From an uncultured Eubacteriales bacterium (GTDB lineage Bacteria > Bacillota > Clostridia > Oscillospirales > CAG-382): DNA of 64,000 bases. The stretch is from assembly GCA_934446675.1 (NCBI GenBank), contig CAKSEL010000007.1:445-64444 (forward strand), in the 5' to 3' direction. Positions 37,201-45,289 of this stretch are shown in pieces (the stretch's first letter is position 1; every line of letters starts with the position of its first letter). The notes below the pieces were generated by a model that saw nothing but the letters and a program-made list of their open reading frames with translations, made no database searches and was not told the origin of the DNA. Both the position numbers and the translations under genes were made by a program.

Positions 37201-37276
37201 CGACAGGCACGTAAAAACGTGACGGAAGCTTGCCCCGAAGCCGGTCAATTTTCTTTACATATTCTTCGCTAAACAT
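34214..37276 (-). CDS. Glycoside hydrolase family 38 alpha-mannosidase (cytoplasmic)
   Basis: 1020 aa. GH38 metal/catalytic block YAISHSHLDLEWLW, FNQFHDILPGSSI, and a full-length layout typical of bacterial GH38. No signal peptide. Confidence 0.9.
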   Translation of the reverse strand: MFSEEYVKKIDRLRGKLPSRFYVPVGTTEFEGFFTYDRLSYEDAVKHDRQKLPQGLRWGRKWEYGWFFTQITVPKECEGKRICFKADLVESTVYVNGRVVGALDHAHKEIMLSASAKAGETFDIAAEVYAGHGDEMIKDVMHYTALIPELNIKPFPEDVTQKCVSNGTYGIFRDDVFQLYVDIEVLVDLSKCQEETSLRRAKIEKAIRKIADFVDLELPYDEFAENVKQAREILKPLFDCHNGPTVPTMYAISHSHLDLEWLWTVNETTRKCARTIGNQLELINEFDDCKYIQSQAWILETVKNNYPELYERVKQAVKSGNIVVEGGMWVESDANIPAGESIIRQFVFGKKFMKNEFGVDSEILWLPDTFGISGAFPQILKGCGIKYFMSAKLMWLINGGDVFPYSMFNWKGNDGSEVLCNIIRGYANGTYPSQTKVHWGFNSERDNIPYRLYPYGFGDGGGGATRFYYEQLKREHDLEGMPKVIQASPNKFFHDVENECEIDKTYVGELYYALHRGTFTSQAKTKLLNRKCENELRDAELWSAFLRQDTKEKTDPLWKTVLFNQFHDILPGSSIAEVYERAESELSEVAEKAENITKDVLETVSETKDGVITVFNSLSWDRKAYIKLPEGYTSICASDGKAYECETDANGTFAAVDVPSCGYASFVLGKEKANAVSSGTKPILENDLVRAEFNENGELSSVVDKQTGIEFLSGRSNRLRMYEDQTAAHDAWDIDSIYQNNEVKLAEPAKIESIQSGTLASSLVIKREINNSTLVQKVTLRKGSRAIEFDTQIDWKERHKLLKVDFDTNFNTEELISETQYGFVKRPTHRNRKYDADRFEVCQHKWSALAESNRAAAILNNCKYGISADGGRMSLTLLKAPQNPALNADMGIQRFTYCFMPFCGTFYNSNIVNAAFELNCPVKVVPGYAGKQSALSISQPNVVLTAAKISEDGKGDIIIRLAEETNNYTMCSVKLGFAVKEAYLTNMLEEDAECVAVTDDTIKLNFRAFEVKTIRLKVKQ

Positions 37277-37459
37277 AAATTACTTTTCCTCCGTTTTATG
37301 TTGTTTTTCGGAATGTATTTCAAGTTATTTGTTATTATATTATTAGTTCAAGTTAATTATATTGCAAATATAACTAAAAATAAAGCAATAATATTGACAA
37401 ATTATGTTGTTTTGTTGTCTTTAGCTTTTCCGGGCAGCAGCTTTAATCGCTTATACAAA

Positions 37460-39616
37460 TCACTTTTTAAGTAAAAGCATAATTACGCTGCTTGCCGGAA
37501 CGGTAAGCTCTTTGACACCGCCGTCCAAATGCCCGGTAACGTTTCCGTTTTCATCTATTATTTCCGCACCGTCCGTTTCAGACAGGTCAATTTTGCATTT
37601 TACATCTTCCGCAAGATAGTTTGCAAGGAACTGTGCCTTTGTGCCGCCGTCTTCTTCGGTCCATGCCGTTGTAAGAACTGCGGGATAGTCGGTGGAATAA
37701 TCGTAATTTACCTTATACATCGGCACACCCGGCGCTTCGACATTGCACGGCTTTGCCATTCTGCCGAATACGAGATATTTCTTTCCGGGACCTCTTCTGT
37801 AAGCCGTAGCGCATTTTACGAATTTCATCATGGGCTTTCTAGGAGGAAGCACCGAAAAGTCGCGCTCTCCCCAGCTCCATACAATTTCGCCGTCCTGGTT
37901 TATAACAAGCGTTATCAGGTCTCCGGCAAGGAATGAATAAGCAATGCGCATAAGATGGCAGTCGGGCGACTTTTTAATATCTATAAAGTCAAGAGAGGCA
38001 ACGGAATTTCCGGAAAAGTTGTGCAGATACTCATGATAAATATATCCGTAAAGCGGAACGGTGCGTCCGAAGTGGTAGTTAATATTAAATCTGTTATCGC
38101 TGAGCTTTAAATAAGGAATATAAGCCTCGGAGGAAGCCGATTCGCAGCCGAGCAGCACCTTATCGCCGACAGCTTTTTTCAGCGATGACAACAGCTTTCT
38201 CATATCCTCAACCATCCACTTTCCGGGTACGGGAGGGTGTCCGTGCTTATCGCTGAAACAAAAATACGGTGTGCCGCCGTGATTCTGGTCAAGAATCTGT
38301 ATGTAATCAAGGTCGCTTGTAGCTATTTTTGCAGCCTCGTCAGTCAATGTGTTTAACGTAAAGTCCTGCGAAACACACATATCGTAGCTTTTTCGCTGTC
38401 CCTGACAAATATTTGAAACGGGATCCGATCCGTCCGGCGGAGCGCACATAAAACGCTTTAAGCCTTCCTTTTCGTATCGCTCTTCATTTCCGTAGTCGTT
38501 CAGATTGCTGTGAATCGTATATCCGACGCCGCTGCAATAAACGCCGAGAAGAAATTTACGTTCATGCAGTCTGTCGGCAAATTCGTGTAACAGCTTTTCT
38601 CCTCCCAGCGGTGGCCACACATACGGCGGCGCCCAGGGTGCGGTACCTTCCCAATGCATAAGCAGAGCCATAATTCTGCTGTTTGTTTCTTCGGCAATTC
38701 CGTCAAGCACCGGGAGAGCATTGTCATACGGGAAAAGTCTGTTGGGTTTGGGTTCGTCCATGTCATGTATGCCCTGAACGGGGTATGTAACTATCAAAGG
38801 CGAATCCGAATACCATTCAGGCATTTTTTCACCGTGTCCGAGCTTTTCAAGTCCCTCGGGAAGATTGTTTTCAAACCATGTGCGGTAAAGCTCCGCTGCG
38901 CTGTGCCAATCGCCGGTGAAGAAATCCATAACAACGGCAAACGGAATCTCATACCCGGTTACATTCGCCTCAACACCGGGATAAAGCTTGAACTGAAGTC
39001 TTATACCGTTTCCGTCGGTGCGGAAATCAACTCCCTTTATCGAACGTTCCGGATCTTCCGCAGCAAAATACAGACCTGCTGTACCGTCATAATAAGCCAT
39101 GAACTGACTCTGAACAACTGCCGGGAACATTGCGCCCAAACCTCTGCTCGGATAGCAAAGCTCTCTGTAAGGAGAAAACTTTTCCTTGAGCGCCATATCT
39201 TCGATAATAAGTCCTTCATTGGAGTCTATAAGCAGGCGTCCGCTGCCGCCGTTTCTCACGAGGTCATCAGGCACGGCTATAAGCGGAAAATCCACCCACT
39301 CAACACACATTCCGGTACGGTTTTCAAAAGAAATACGCCATTCAATTCTGTCTGAAAACAATGCTTTTACACGGAAAGAAAGATCAAGATTTCCGAAACC
39401 CGAATACTCAATACTTACACTGTCGCCGCCCTTGTCAACAGTTACCTTTTCGGCGCAGTCGGAGGTGTAACCGGCGGTGTCTTTGCCCTTTCTCATCTGA
39501 AATGAAAACAGAGGCAGTTTCTGACCTATAAACTCTTTACCGTTACTTACAAGAGAGTTTATGGATCCGTTATTTTCATCAAGCGCAATGCAATATTTAT
39601 TATTTTCAAACTGCAT
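37460..39616 (-). CDS. Uncharacterised putative glycosidase (DUF-type; possibly the DUF6259 family), cytoplasmic
   Basis: 718 aa with no signal peptide. N-terminus MQFENNKYCIALDENNGSINSLVSNGKEFIG resembles unassigned glycan-locus proteins. It lies between the CBM protein gene and GH38, 23 nt after the upstream stop. Confidence 0.5.
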   Translation of the reverse strand: MQFENNKYCIALDENNGSINSLVSNGKEFIGQKLPLFSFQMRKGKDTAGYTSDCAEKVTVDKGGDSVSIEYSGFGNLDLSFRVKALFSDRIEWRISFENRTGMCVEWVDFPLIAVPDDLVRNGGSGRLLIDSNEGLIIEDMALKEKFSPYRELCYPSRGLGAMFPAVVQSQFMAYYDGTAGLYFAAEDPERSIKGVDFRTDGNGIRLQFKLYPGVEANVTGYEIPFAVVMDFFTGDWHSAAELYRTWFENNLPEGLEKLGHGEKMPEWYSDSPLIVTYPVQGIHDMDEPKPNRLFPYDNALPVLDGIAEETNSRIMALLMHWEGTAPWAPPYVWPPLGGEKLLHEFADRLHERKFLLGVYCSGVGYTIHSNLNDYGNEERYEKEGLKRFMCAPPDGSDPVSNICQGQRKSYDMCVSQDFTLNTLTDEAAKIATSDLDYIQILDQNHGGTPYFCFSDKHGHPPVPGKWMVEDMRKLLSSLKKAVGDKVLLGCESASSEAYIPYLKLSDNRFNINYHFGRTVPLYGYIYHEYLHNFSGNSVASLDFIDIKKSPDCHLMRIAYSFLAGDLITLVINQDGEIVWSWGERDFSVLPPRKPMMKFVKCATAYRRGPGKKYLVFGRMAKPCNVEAPGVPMYKVNYDYSTDYPAVLTTAWTEEDGGTKAQFLANYLAEDVKCKIDLSETDGAEIIDENGNVTGHLDGGVKELTVPASSVIMLLLKK

Positions 39617-39639
39617 ATCATTAAATCCTTCTTATATTA

Positions 39640-42600
39640 TCAGTTGTAGAGATCGGAAATATCAAATTCGGTTTCATACTTTCTTACGGTTTCAAGGATT
39701 TTCTCGATAAATTCCATATTATTCTTGTACAGCTCACCGTTTTCATCTTTAATTCTCTGTGCCGCATGTGCAAGAGTATCGGTATAAACGTCACTGTAAG
39801 AATACACGCTTCCGCTCTTTACAAAAGCTCTTACGGAAAGCTTTTCAAGATAACTCTTTTCAGGAATATTTATGAGTGCTGCCGCAAAAACCGTCTTGTC
39901 GTCGCCTTTTGCAAAAATAATATCAATATTATGATCCTTGTCATAAGCAATACCTTCAACGGCTTTTACCGTACCGTTGTTCATATTTGCATGATTGAGT
40001 TCCGCCTTGGACAGATCCGAAGCGCGCGCAACGATAAAACCGTACTGTGAAACCTCGGCTCTTTCGGTATTGTCAATGCTTGCTTTAAAGCGGAGACCGG
40101 AGGGCTCTTTAATTCTTACAGAAGTTTCATTTTCAACGGCAACGCTTGTCTTCTTTATAAAAGCGATTTTATCGACAGAAGCAGTGCACTCGCTCATCGA
40201 AACCTTTACGGTAAATCCGGTAATTGTTCCCGTAAGTCCGGAAATATCAAAAGAGTAGGTTCTCATCGAAGAATCGGGTATCTCCGCCGTGAAAACTTTA
40301 TCTCCGTTTGTCGTGTTCAGCGTCACGGTGTAACTCTGATTGCTTTCTGAGCTTAACACTTTTGCCGCGAAAGAGAAAGTTTCAAAATCGGCAGCATTGA
40401 TAAGGAGATTATCTGCCGAGAATGAAAGACCTGTCTGATAAGATATGCCGTTCAAAGTTCCGTCCTTTACGGAAACATTAAATGCATTCATACTTACGCC
40501 TTCGTCATAACCGTCAGTATTAAAGTCCCAGAAATACGCAAATTCCCATACTGCGTAAACCGTTGTATCTGCAGTAATAACAGTTTCGGTTACGGTATCT
40601 CCGTTTTCCGAAAGCGCCCAGCCGACAAATTTATAGCCTGCTCTTGCCGGTGCCTGCGAAGAAAGAATATACCTGCCTTTTGCGTATTCATCTGTTTCGG
40701 GAAGATTTGTGACGCTGTCCTCGCATCCGGCAGCGTAAGTGAGTCTGAAGTGCTCGGTCTGACCGGTTATGGTTACGGTCTTTGAAGAACTGATGCTTGT
40801 GTCATACGCATATTTTGCAGTTATTGTTACTGTTCCGTTATTCAGCGCGGTAAGAACGCCTGCGTCAGATATTGACGCAATGTTTTCATTGTCAACCGAC
40901 CAGATTACAGCCTTTTCCGCCTTTGAGGGATTCATAATTACATCATACGATACGCTTTTGCCTTCATCGGAAATTGTATCGGCGCCCGTAATCTGTATGC
41001 TTTCGGGAATATAGCGGTATTCAAGCGGAATTGATGCCGGTATCGCGCTCTCAAGGCAATTAACCGCCTGCTGCGCAATATATTCCATGCCGAAGTCTCC
41101 GGGGTGCGATCTGAACTCGATACCGGGGACATAATCCGGATACTGTCTGAATGCGAGATAATTATTGGATTCATTAATGCCAAGACTGCCTATGTAAGAT
41201 GTGTCCGCAAACTCAAATCCGTATTTTTCAGCATACTTCTTTGCTACATGGTGTCTGTTATCGTCCGGCAGCCATATCGAAATGCATACGACAACGCTGT
41301 TTTTAGGCATTTCTTTTGCTACCATGCCGTACAGTGTATCATAAAACAGCGAAAGAGCAGCCTCGTCGGTCGTTTTTATATTTTCTGCAAGCTGAATAGT
41401 CAGAATGTTGGGCTTGAATTCCCTTATCTTATTCCGAAATTCAATAAATGCCGCGGAATCTTCATAGGTGTCCTTTGTTGCCGTTGTTGAGCACAAGCCT
41501 TCAAAAGCTGACATACTTTTGCGCTCTGCCGTTATTGATGAGTAGAATTTTGCAGAAAGTTTCGACTGTATCTGATTGAAATAATCCTTTGAAACATCGC
41601 TTGCAGCCATACCCATTCCGCCGACATCAGACCAGCCCTTGAGCGGCGGGTGTACAAGGAAAGAGTTTCCGACGGCATAGTATCTGAACGAATAAGATGA
41701 AGTCTTTGCAAGCTGACCGGAAATTTCAACGGTAATTTCCGCCTTTGTTTCTGTATTCTGCTTATCATAAGCCGTAATCACAACGCTGCCGTTATTAATT
41801 GCGGTAAGCTTTGCGCTGCCGTCGCTGTTTTTCTCAAGCCATGCCGATTCGCTGCTTGAACAATTCCATTCAACGCTTGATGAAGGCGCGTCTGCATAAA
41901 ATACGCGTCCGTCAAGATCAAGTGTTCCGGCATCTTCGGTTATGCTGTCAGAGCCGGCAAATATTCTTACGGCGCTGTCGCCCGATGTATAATCCGACAA
42001 TATATAAATCTCGGCAAAAGTATCCGTTCCGGCAATCCCGCAGCGGATCTTTGCAAGTCCCTCTTTCATAGAAGTAACCGTTGCGGTTCCGTCTCCGTTA
42101 TCTGAAATGCTGACTGTGTCCGCACCCGAAACAACGCTGAAAGAAAGCTTAGGCTTCGATGTATCGCCGTATTTTACGTACTCGCCCGTAACAAGCGCAC
42201 TTTTTCCCGCAGCCGTGAGCAGGCTTATATCTTCATTAATATAAACATGCGCATTTTCATCGTAAACGGCATAAAGCGTTATATCTTCATGCAAAAGAGC
42301 AACGTTTTCATCAGCGGTTTTGTCGTTTTCCACTGACCAGCCTATTCTGTAAAGCGCCTTGTCCTCGTCTGTTAAAACCGGTTCAAAGCTTTCTTCGTCA
42401 AAATAATCGTATTCCTCACGTATAAGACTTCCGTCGGTATCACGATAAGTAATCTTATAAGACGGTATTATGGAGAAGTCGTCAAAATATGCCTCTTCAT
42501 GGATATTTTCCGTATCATTATTATCCCTTGCCCACTGTATAATGAATTTTTCTATATCCGAAGTGTCAAGCACACCGTTATTGTCATACAGTTTTCCAAA

Positions 42601-43080
42601 GTTTTTCAGAACATAGGAATGTTCCGTCCATGAAGCTGCGTTCGGCGCAAAATTGCCTATATAGTTTACAACCTGCCAGCCTGCTCCGCCGTTTTTCATA
42701 AGCCAAAGCGAGGCGTCGGTGCCGTATCCGGCATCTGCACGTTTATATGATTTGAAAGAAAACTTATATGCACGTTCTTTCGGGTATTTGAGCAAAGAAT
42801 TGCTGAAAGAAACCCACATATATTTACCTCTCGGTTTGGACACAAGCACGCTGTTGTTATCGTCACCGTTCACGGGGCTTTCTGTGAGAGCACAGCCGGC
42901 TTCGATAGCTATTCCTTCGGGAAAAGTCATGCTGTCGCACGTCCACACCGAGGTGTCCCCGGTAATAATATTGTAACCCGGAACTACTTTTTCTTCTGCA
43001 GCGGCCGTTACGGAATTACCGAAAAGCGGCATTACGGATAATGCCAGGCATGCAAAAGCGCCGATAAAACGTTTTTTCAT
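39640..43080 (-). CDS. Secreted multidomain protein: CBM4/9/22-like module, Ig-like domains, SGNH-hydrolase-like domain, Big_2 and Listeria-Bacteroides (Flg_new) repeats, C-terminal module shared with 26103-28874
   Basis: 1146 aa. Signal peptide MKKRFIGAFACLALSVMPLFGNSVTAAA. AYFDDFSIIP (CBM end). YYAVGNSFLVHPP (SGNH-like). VIWSVDNENIASISDAGVLTALNNGTVTITAKY (Big_2). YKFVGWALSENGDTVTETVITADTTVYAVWE (Flg_new). Confidence 0.75.
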   Translation of the reverse strand: MKKRFIGAFACLALSVMPLFGNSVTAAAEEKVVPGYNIITGDTSVWTCDSMTFPEGIAIEAGCALTESPVNGDDNNSVLVSKPRGKYMWVSFSNSLLKYPKERAYKFSFKSYKRADAGYGTDASLWLMKNGGAGWQVVNYIGNFAPNAASWTEHSYVLKNFGKLYDNNGVLDTSDIEKFIIQWARDNNDTENIHEEAYFDDFSIIPSYKITYRDTDGSLIREEYDYFDEESFEPVLTDEDKALYRIGWSVENDKTADENVALLHEDITLYAVYDENAHVYINEDISLLTAAGKSALVTGEYVKYGDTSKPKLSFSVVSGADTVSISDNGDGTATVTSMKEGLAKIRCGIAGTDTFAEIYILSDYTSGDSAVRIFAGSDSITEDAGTLDLDGRVFYADAPSSSVEWNCSSSESAWLEKNSDGSAKLTAINNGSVVITAYDKQNTETKAEITVEISGQLAKTSSYSFRYYAVGNSFLVHPPLKGWSDVGGMGMAASDVSKDYFNQIQSKLSAKFYSSITAERKSMSAFEGLCSTTATKDTYEDSAAFIEFRNKIREFKPNILTIQLAENIKTTDEAALSLFYDTLYGMVAKEMPKNSVVVCISIWLPDDNRHHVAKKYAEKYGFEFADTSYIGSLGINESNNYLAFRQYPDYVPGIEFRSHPGDFGMEYIAQQAVNCLESAIPASIPLEYRYIPESIQITGADTISDEGKSVSYDVIMNPSKAEKAVIWSVDNENIASISDAGVLTALNNGTVTITAKYAYDTSISSSKTVTITGQTEHFRLTYAAGCEDSVTNLPETDEYAKGRYILSSQAPARAGYKFVGWALSENGDTVTETVITADTTVYAVWEFAYFWDFNTDGYDEGVSMNAFNVSVKDGTLNGISYQTGLSFSADNLLINAADFETFSFAAKVLSSESNQSYTVTLNTTNGDKVFTAEIPDSSMRTYSFDISGLTGTITGFTVKVSMSECTASVDKIAFIKKTSVAVENETSVRIKEPSGLRFKASIDNTERAEVSQYGFIVARASDLSKAELNHANMNNGTVKAVEGIAYDKDHNIDIIFAKGDDKTVFAAALINIPEKSYLEKLSVRAFVKSGSVYSYSDVYTDTLAHAAQRIKDENGELYKNNMEFIEKILETVRKYETEFDISDLYN

Positions 43081-43180
43081 AAAAAAACACGCTCCTTAAA
43101 AAATACTGTTTAATGTTTTAGATAAAACCCGGGTTGCATATCATTCGTTTTTTGATGATAATACCCACAAATCCATATAT

Positions 43181-43208
43181 ATTTTATCACACCATATGTC
43201 AAAATCAA
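43181..43208 (-). promoter_or_regulatory. Promoter of the 1146-aa protein operon
   Basis: Minus strand: TTGATT (43208-43203), 16-nt spacer, TAAAAT (43186-43181). Homologous in layout to the SDR promoter at 50819-50846. Confidence 0.45.
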
Positions 43209-43210
43209 CA

Positions 43211-43240
43211 AAAGATATTAACAAAAAATGTGTCAATATT
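43211..43240 (-). promoter_or_regulatory. 30-bp upstream element shared with 50849-50878 (candidate activator site)
   Basis: 27/30 identity to 50849-50878. Minus-strand reading: AATATTGACACATTTTTTGTTAATATCTTT. AATAT half-sites are 21 bp apart, and the element abuts the -35. Confidence 0.5.
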
Positions 43241-43335
43241 AACCCGACATTTACGGCGTGAAACATAGTCCTGCAATTTGCATTGCCGCACATTCATTGA
43301 ATATGCACACATAAGCCATAAAACGCAAGCACCGT

Positions 43336-43372
43336 ATATTGAAACAGCCTTTGCAATAATGACCGCAAAGGC
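43336..43372 (-). terminator. Probable terminator of the HAD-to-mutarotase operon
   Basis: 8-bp stem GCCTTTGC / GCAAAGGC with a 10-nt loop. A moderately U-rich tail (CUGUUUCAAUAU) follows on the minus strand. Confidence 0.45.
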
Positions 43373-43386
43373 AGGCGTTTTCCGTT

Positions 43387-44241
43387 TCAAACCTGCAAAA
43401 CGGTAATTTTGTGTACCGCGTTGTATGTCTGTCCCTTGTCCAGTTTTATTATGCCTTCTTTTTTTGTAATATCATAATCCGAACCGACAATATCCTGTAT
43501 TCCGTCCCACGGCTCAAGACATATATACGGGGCATTCTGTTTATGCCAGATAAGGAAATACGGAGCAAAATCAAAATCAATCTTTACAGCCCTTGTGCCC
43601 GTCCTGCTTCTCAGAATTGCGGACTTTGATTTAAGTTCTTTGAAAACAAGGGCGTCTACCGTAAAGTATTTTTCGTAAAGCGGAAGTACATTACAGTCTT
43701 TTATGATCGGCAAAAGCTGATCTGAAAGAAGGTTTCCGTAAAGCACATACGAATTAAGCGTTTCGGGCTGAGGAAATACAACATCGTAATTTTCTATACC
43801 TTCCGGTGTGTAATATCCCTCGTGCGCTCCTATGGAAAAGTACATTGCGCCCTTTGATTTATTATCTACACGATACGAAATACCGAGAGACGTATTTTTC
43901 AGCTCATACGTTATTCTCAGCTCGTAGTCAAAGGGATAGCAACGCTTTGTTTCATCATTTGACTTGTGTACGAGAACTACTTTTTTGTCGTCTGCATATT
44001 CGGTAACGAAAGAAACCGTACTGCCGAAACCGTGCTTGGGCAAAACATATTCTTTTCCGTTATACGTGTACTTATCGTTCTTCAGTCCGCCGCATATCGG
44101 AAATAATAGCGGAGAAGATCTGTTCCATATCTCTTTGCACGACTGCCATATATACTCTTTTTCGTCGCAGACCATGCTTTTCAGTTCCGCACCGAGTTCA
44201 TTTATCTTTACTTTTACTCTGTCGTTTTGTAAAGTCAGCAC
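43387..44241 (-). CDS. Aldose 1-epimerase family protein (mutarotase-like)
   Basis: Start set at GTG 44241 (GAGGTGG 6 nt upstream). LTLQNDRVKVKINELGAELKSM and FPICGGL...YNGKEY.LPKHGF are typical of LacX/aldose-epimerase-family proteins. Confidence 0.8.
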   Translation of the reverse strand: MLTLQNDRVKVKINELGAELKSMVCDEKEYIWQSCKEIWNRSSPLLFPICGGLKNDKYTYNGKEYVLPKHGFGSTVSFVTEYADDKKVVLVHKSNDETKRCYPFDYELRITYELKNTSLGISYRVDNKSKGAMYFSIGAHEGYYTPEGIENYDVVFPQPETLNSYVLYGNLLSDQLLPIIKDCNVLPLYEKYFTVDALVFKELKSKSAILRSRTGTRAVKIDFDFAPYFLIWHKQNAPYICLEPWDGIQDIVGSDYDITKKEGIIKLDKGQTYNAVHKITVLQV

Positions 44242-44317
44242 AAACTTCCACCTCACTAAATTTACCGACGCTGCTTTGTTGCCGCCGTAACAAGAGCAAA
44301 AAGCAGATCATCTGTAA

Positions 44318-45289
44318 TTATTTTTTCAAGACCTCAAGTATTTCATGTATTGTTGCGCTTCCGGTCGTACCTATCTTTTTTATAGTAACTGCACTTGCCG
44401 CATTAGCGAAGAGCGCTGCTTTTTCAGGTTCAAAACCGCTTGCCCAGAACGTCCCGAACGCCGCCATAAACGTATCTCCGGCACCGCAGAAATCTATCGG
44501 AGGTTCAACGTCAAACGCCGGAATTTCGTAAATCGCCGTGCCGTCCGAAACAAGGCAGCCCTTACCGCCGAGCGTTACTATTGCGGGTTTTTGATTTTTC
44601 TGAGAAAGAAGCTTTGCCGCAGAGTGCAGATCGTCTGTTTCCACAGCGCGCGCCGCCTCAACCTCATTGGGTTTTACCGTGACATTTGAATACAGGCTTA
44701 CCCGGTCGCGGCTGTCAACGATTATCTTCATGCCGCTTTTTCCGAGTTCGGAAATTTCCTGCCTGAGCTTATCCGTGATACAGCCGCACTTCATCTGGTC
44801 GCACACGCATAAAACGTCTATTTTATCTTTAATTGCCAAAAGTGCTTTTAAAATGCTTTCTTCGGTTTCATCGCTGATTTTTTCGTAATTCTCAAAATCA
44901 AGGCGCGGATCTTCATATTTTACATCGGATATTCCGCAGCGTATCGGTTTTATATAGGTGTTTGTAAATCTGCCGTCGCATTTTACAAGCCCTTCCGTAT
45001 CAATTCCGCTAAATGCAAGCTGTTCCGAAAGCGCCTTGCCGCGCCAGTCATTGCCGATACAGCCTATTGCATAAACCTTGCCGACGCCGAGACTTGACAC
45101 ATTCACTGCAACATTTCCGGCGCCTCCGGCAGACATTCTTTCTTCGACAACCGGCAGAGGATAGTGCGGTGTTTCACGGGAAAGCTCGCTTTTCTTCATA
45201 TCGGCAGTCCAGTATACATCAAGACAGAAATCGCCTATTATTCCGACTTTCAGGTTCTTGATTTGCCCGAAATCCTTTTCAGTCCACAT
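44318..45289 (-). CDS. PfkB-family sugar(-phosphate) kinase, RfaE domain-I-like
   Basis: 323 aa. KVGIIGDFCLDVYW...PVVEERMSAGGAGNVAVNVSSLG closely parallels the N-terminus of heptose-7-phosphate kinase (RfaE/HldA). C-terminal GAGD motif. Overlaps the upstream gene by 11 nt. Confidence 0.75.
   Translation of the reverse strand: MWTEKDFGQIKNLKVGIIGDFCLDVYWTADMKKSELSRETPHYPLPVVEERMSAGGAGNVAVNVSSLGVGKVYAIGCIGNDWRGKALSEQLAFSGIDTEGLVKCDGRFTNTYIKPIRCGISDVKYEDPRLDFENYEKISDETEESILKALLAIKDKIDVLCVCDQMKCGCITDKLRQEISELGKSGMKIIVDSRDRVSLYSNVTVKPNEVEAARAVETDDLHSAAKLLSQKNQKPAIVTLGGKGCLVSDGTAIYEIPAFDVEPPIDFCGAGDTFMAAFGTFWASGFEPEKAALFANAASAVTIKKIGTTGSATIHEILEVLKK

Noticed and set aside
38654-39355. 233-aa plus-strand ORF
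   Set aside because: It is antisense to the 718-aa gene and has no supporting signals.
43205-43390. 61-aa minus-strand ORF
   Set aside because: It spans the operon terminator hairpin and the predicted promoter and upstream element of the next operon, and has no RBS.
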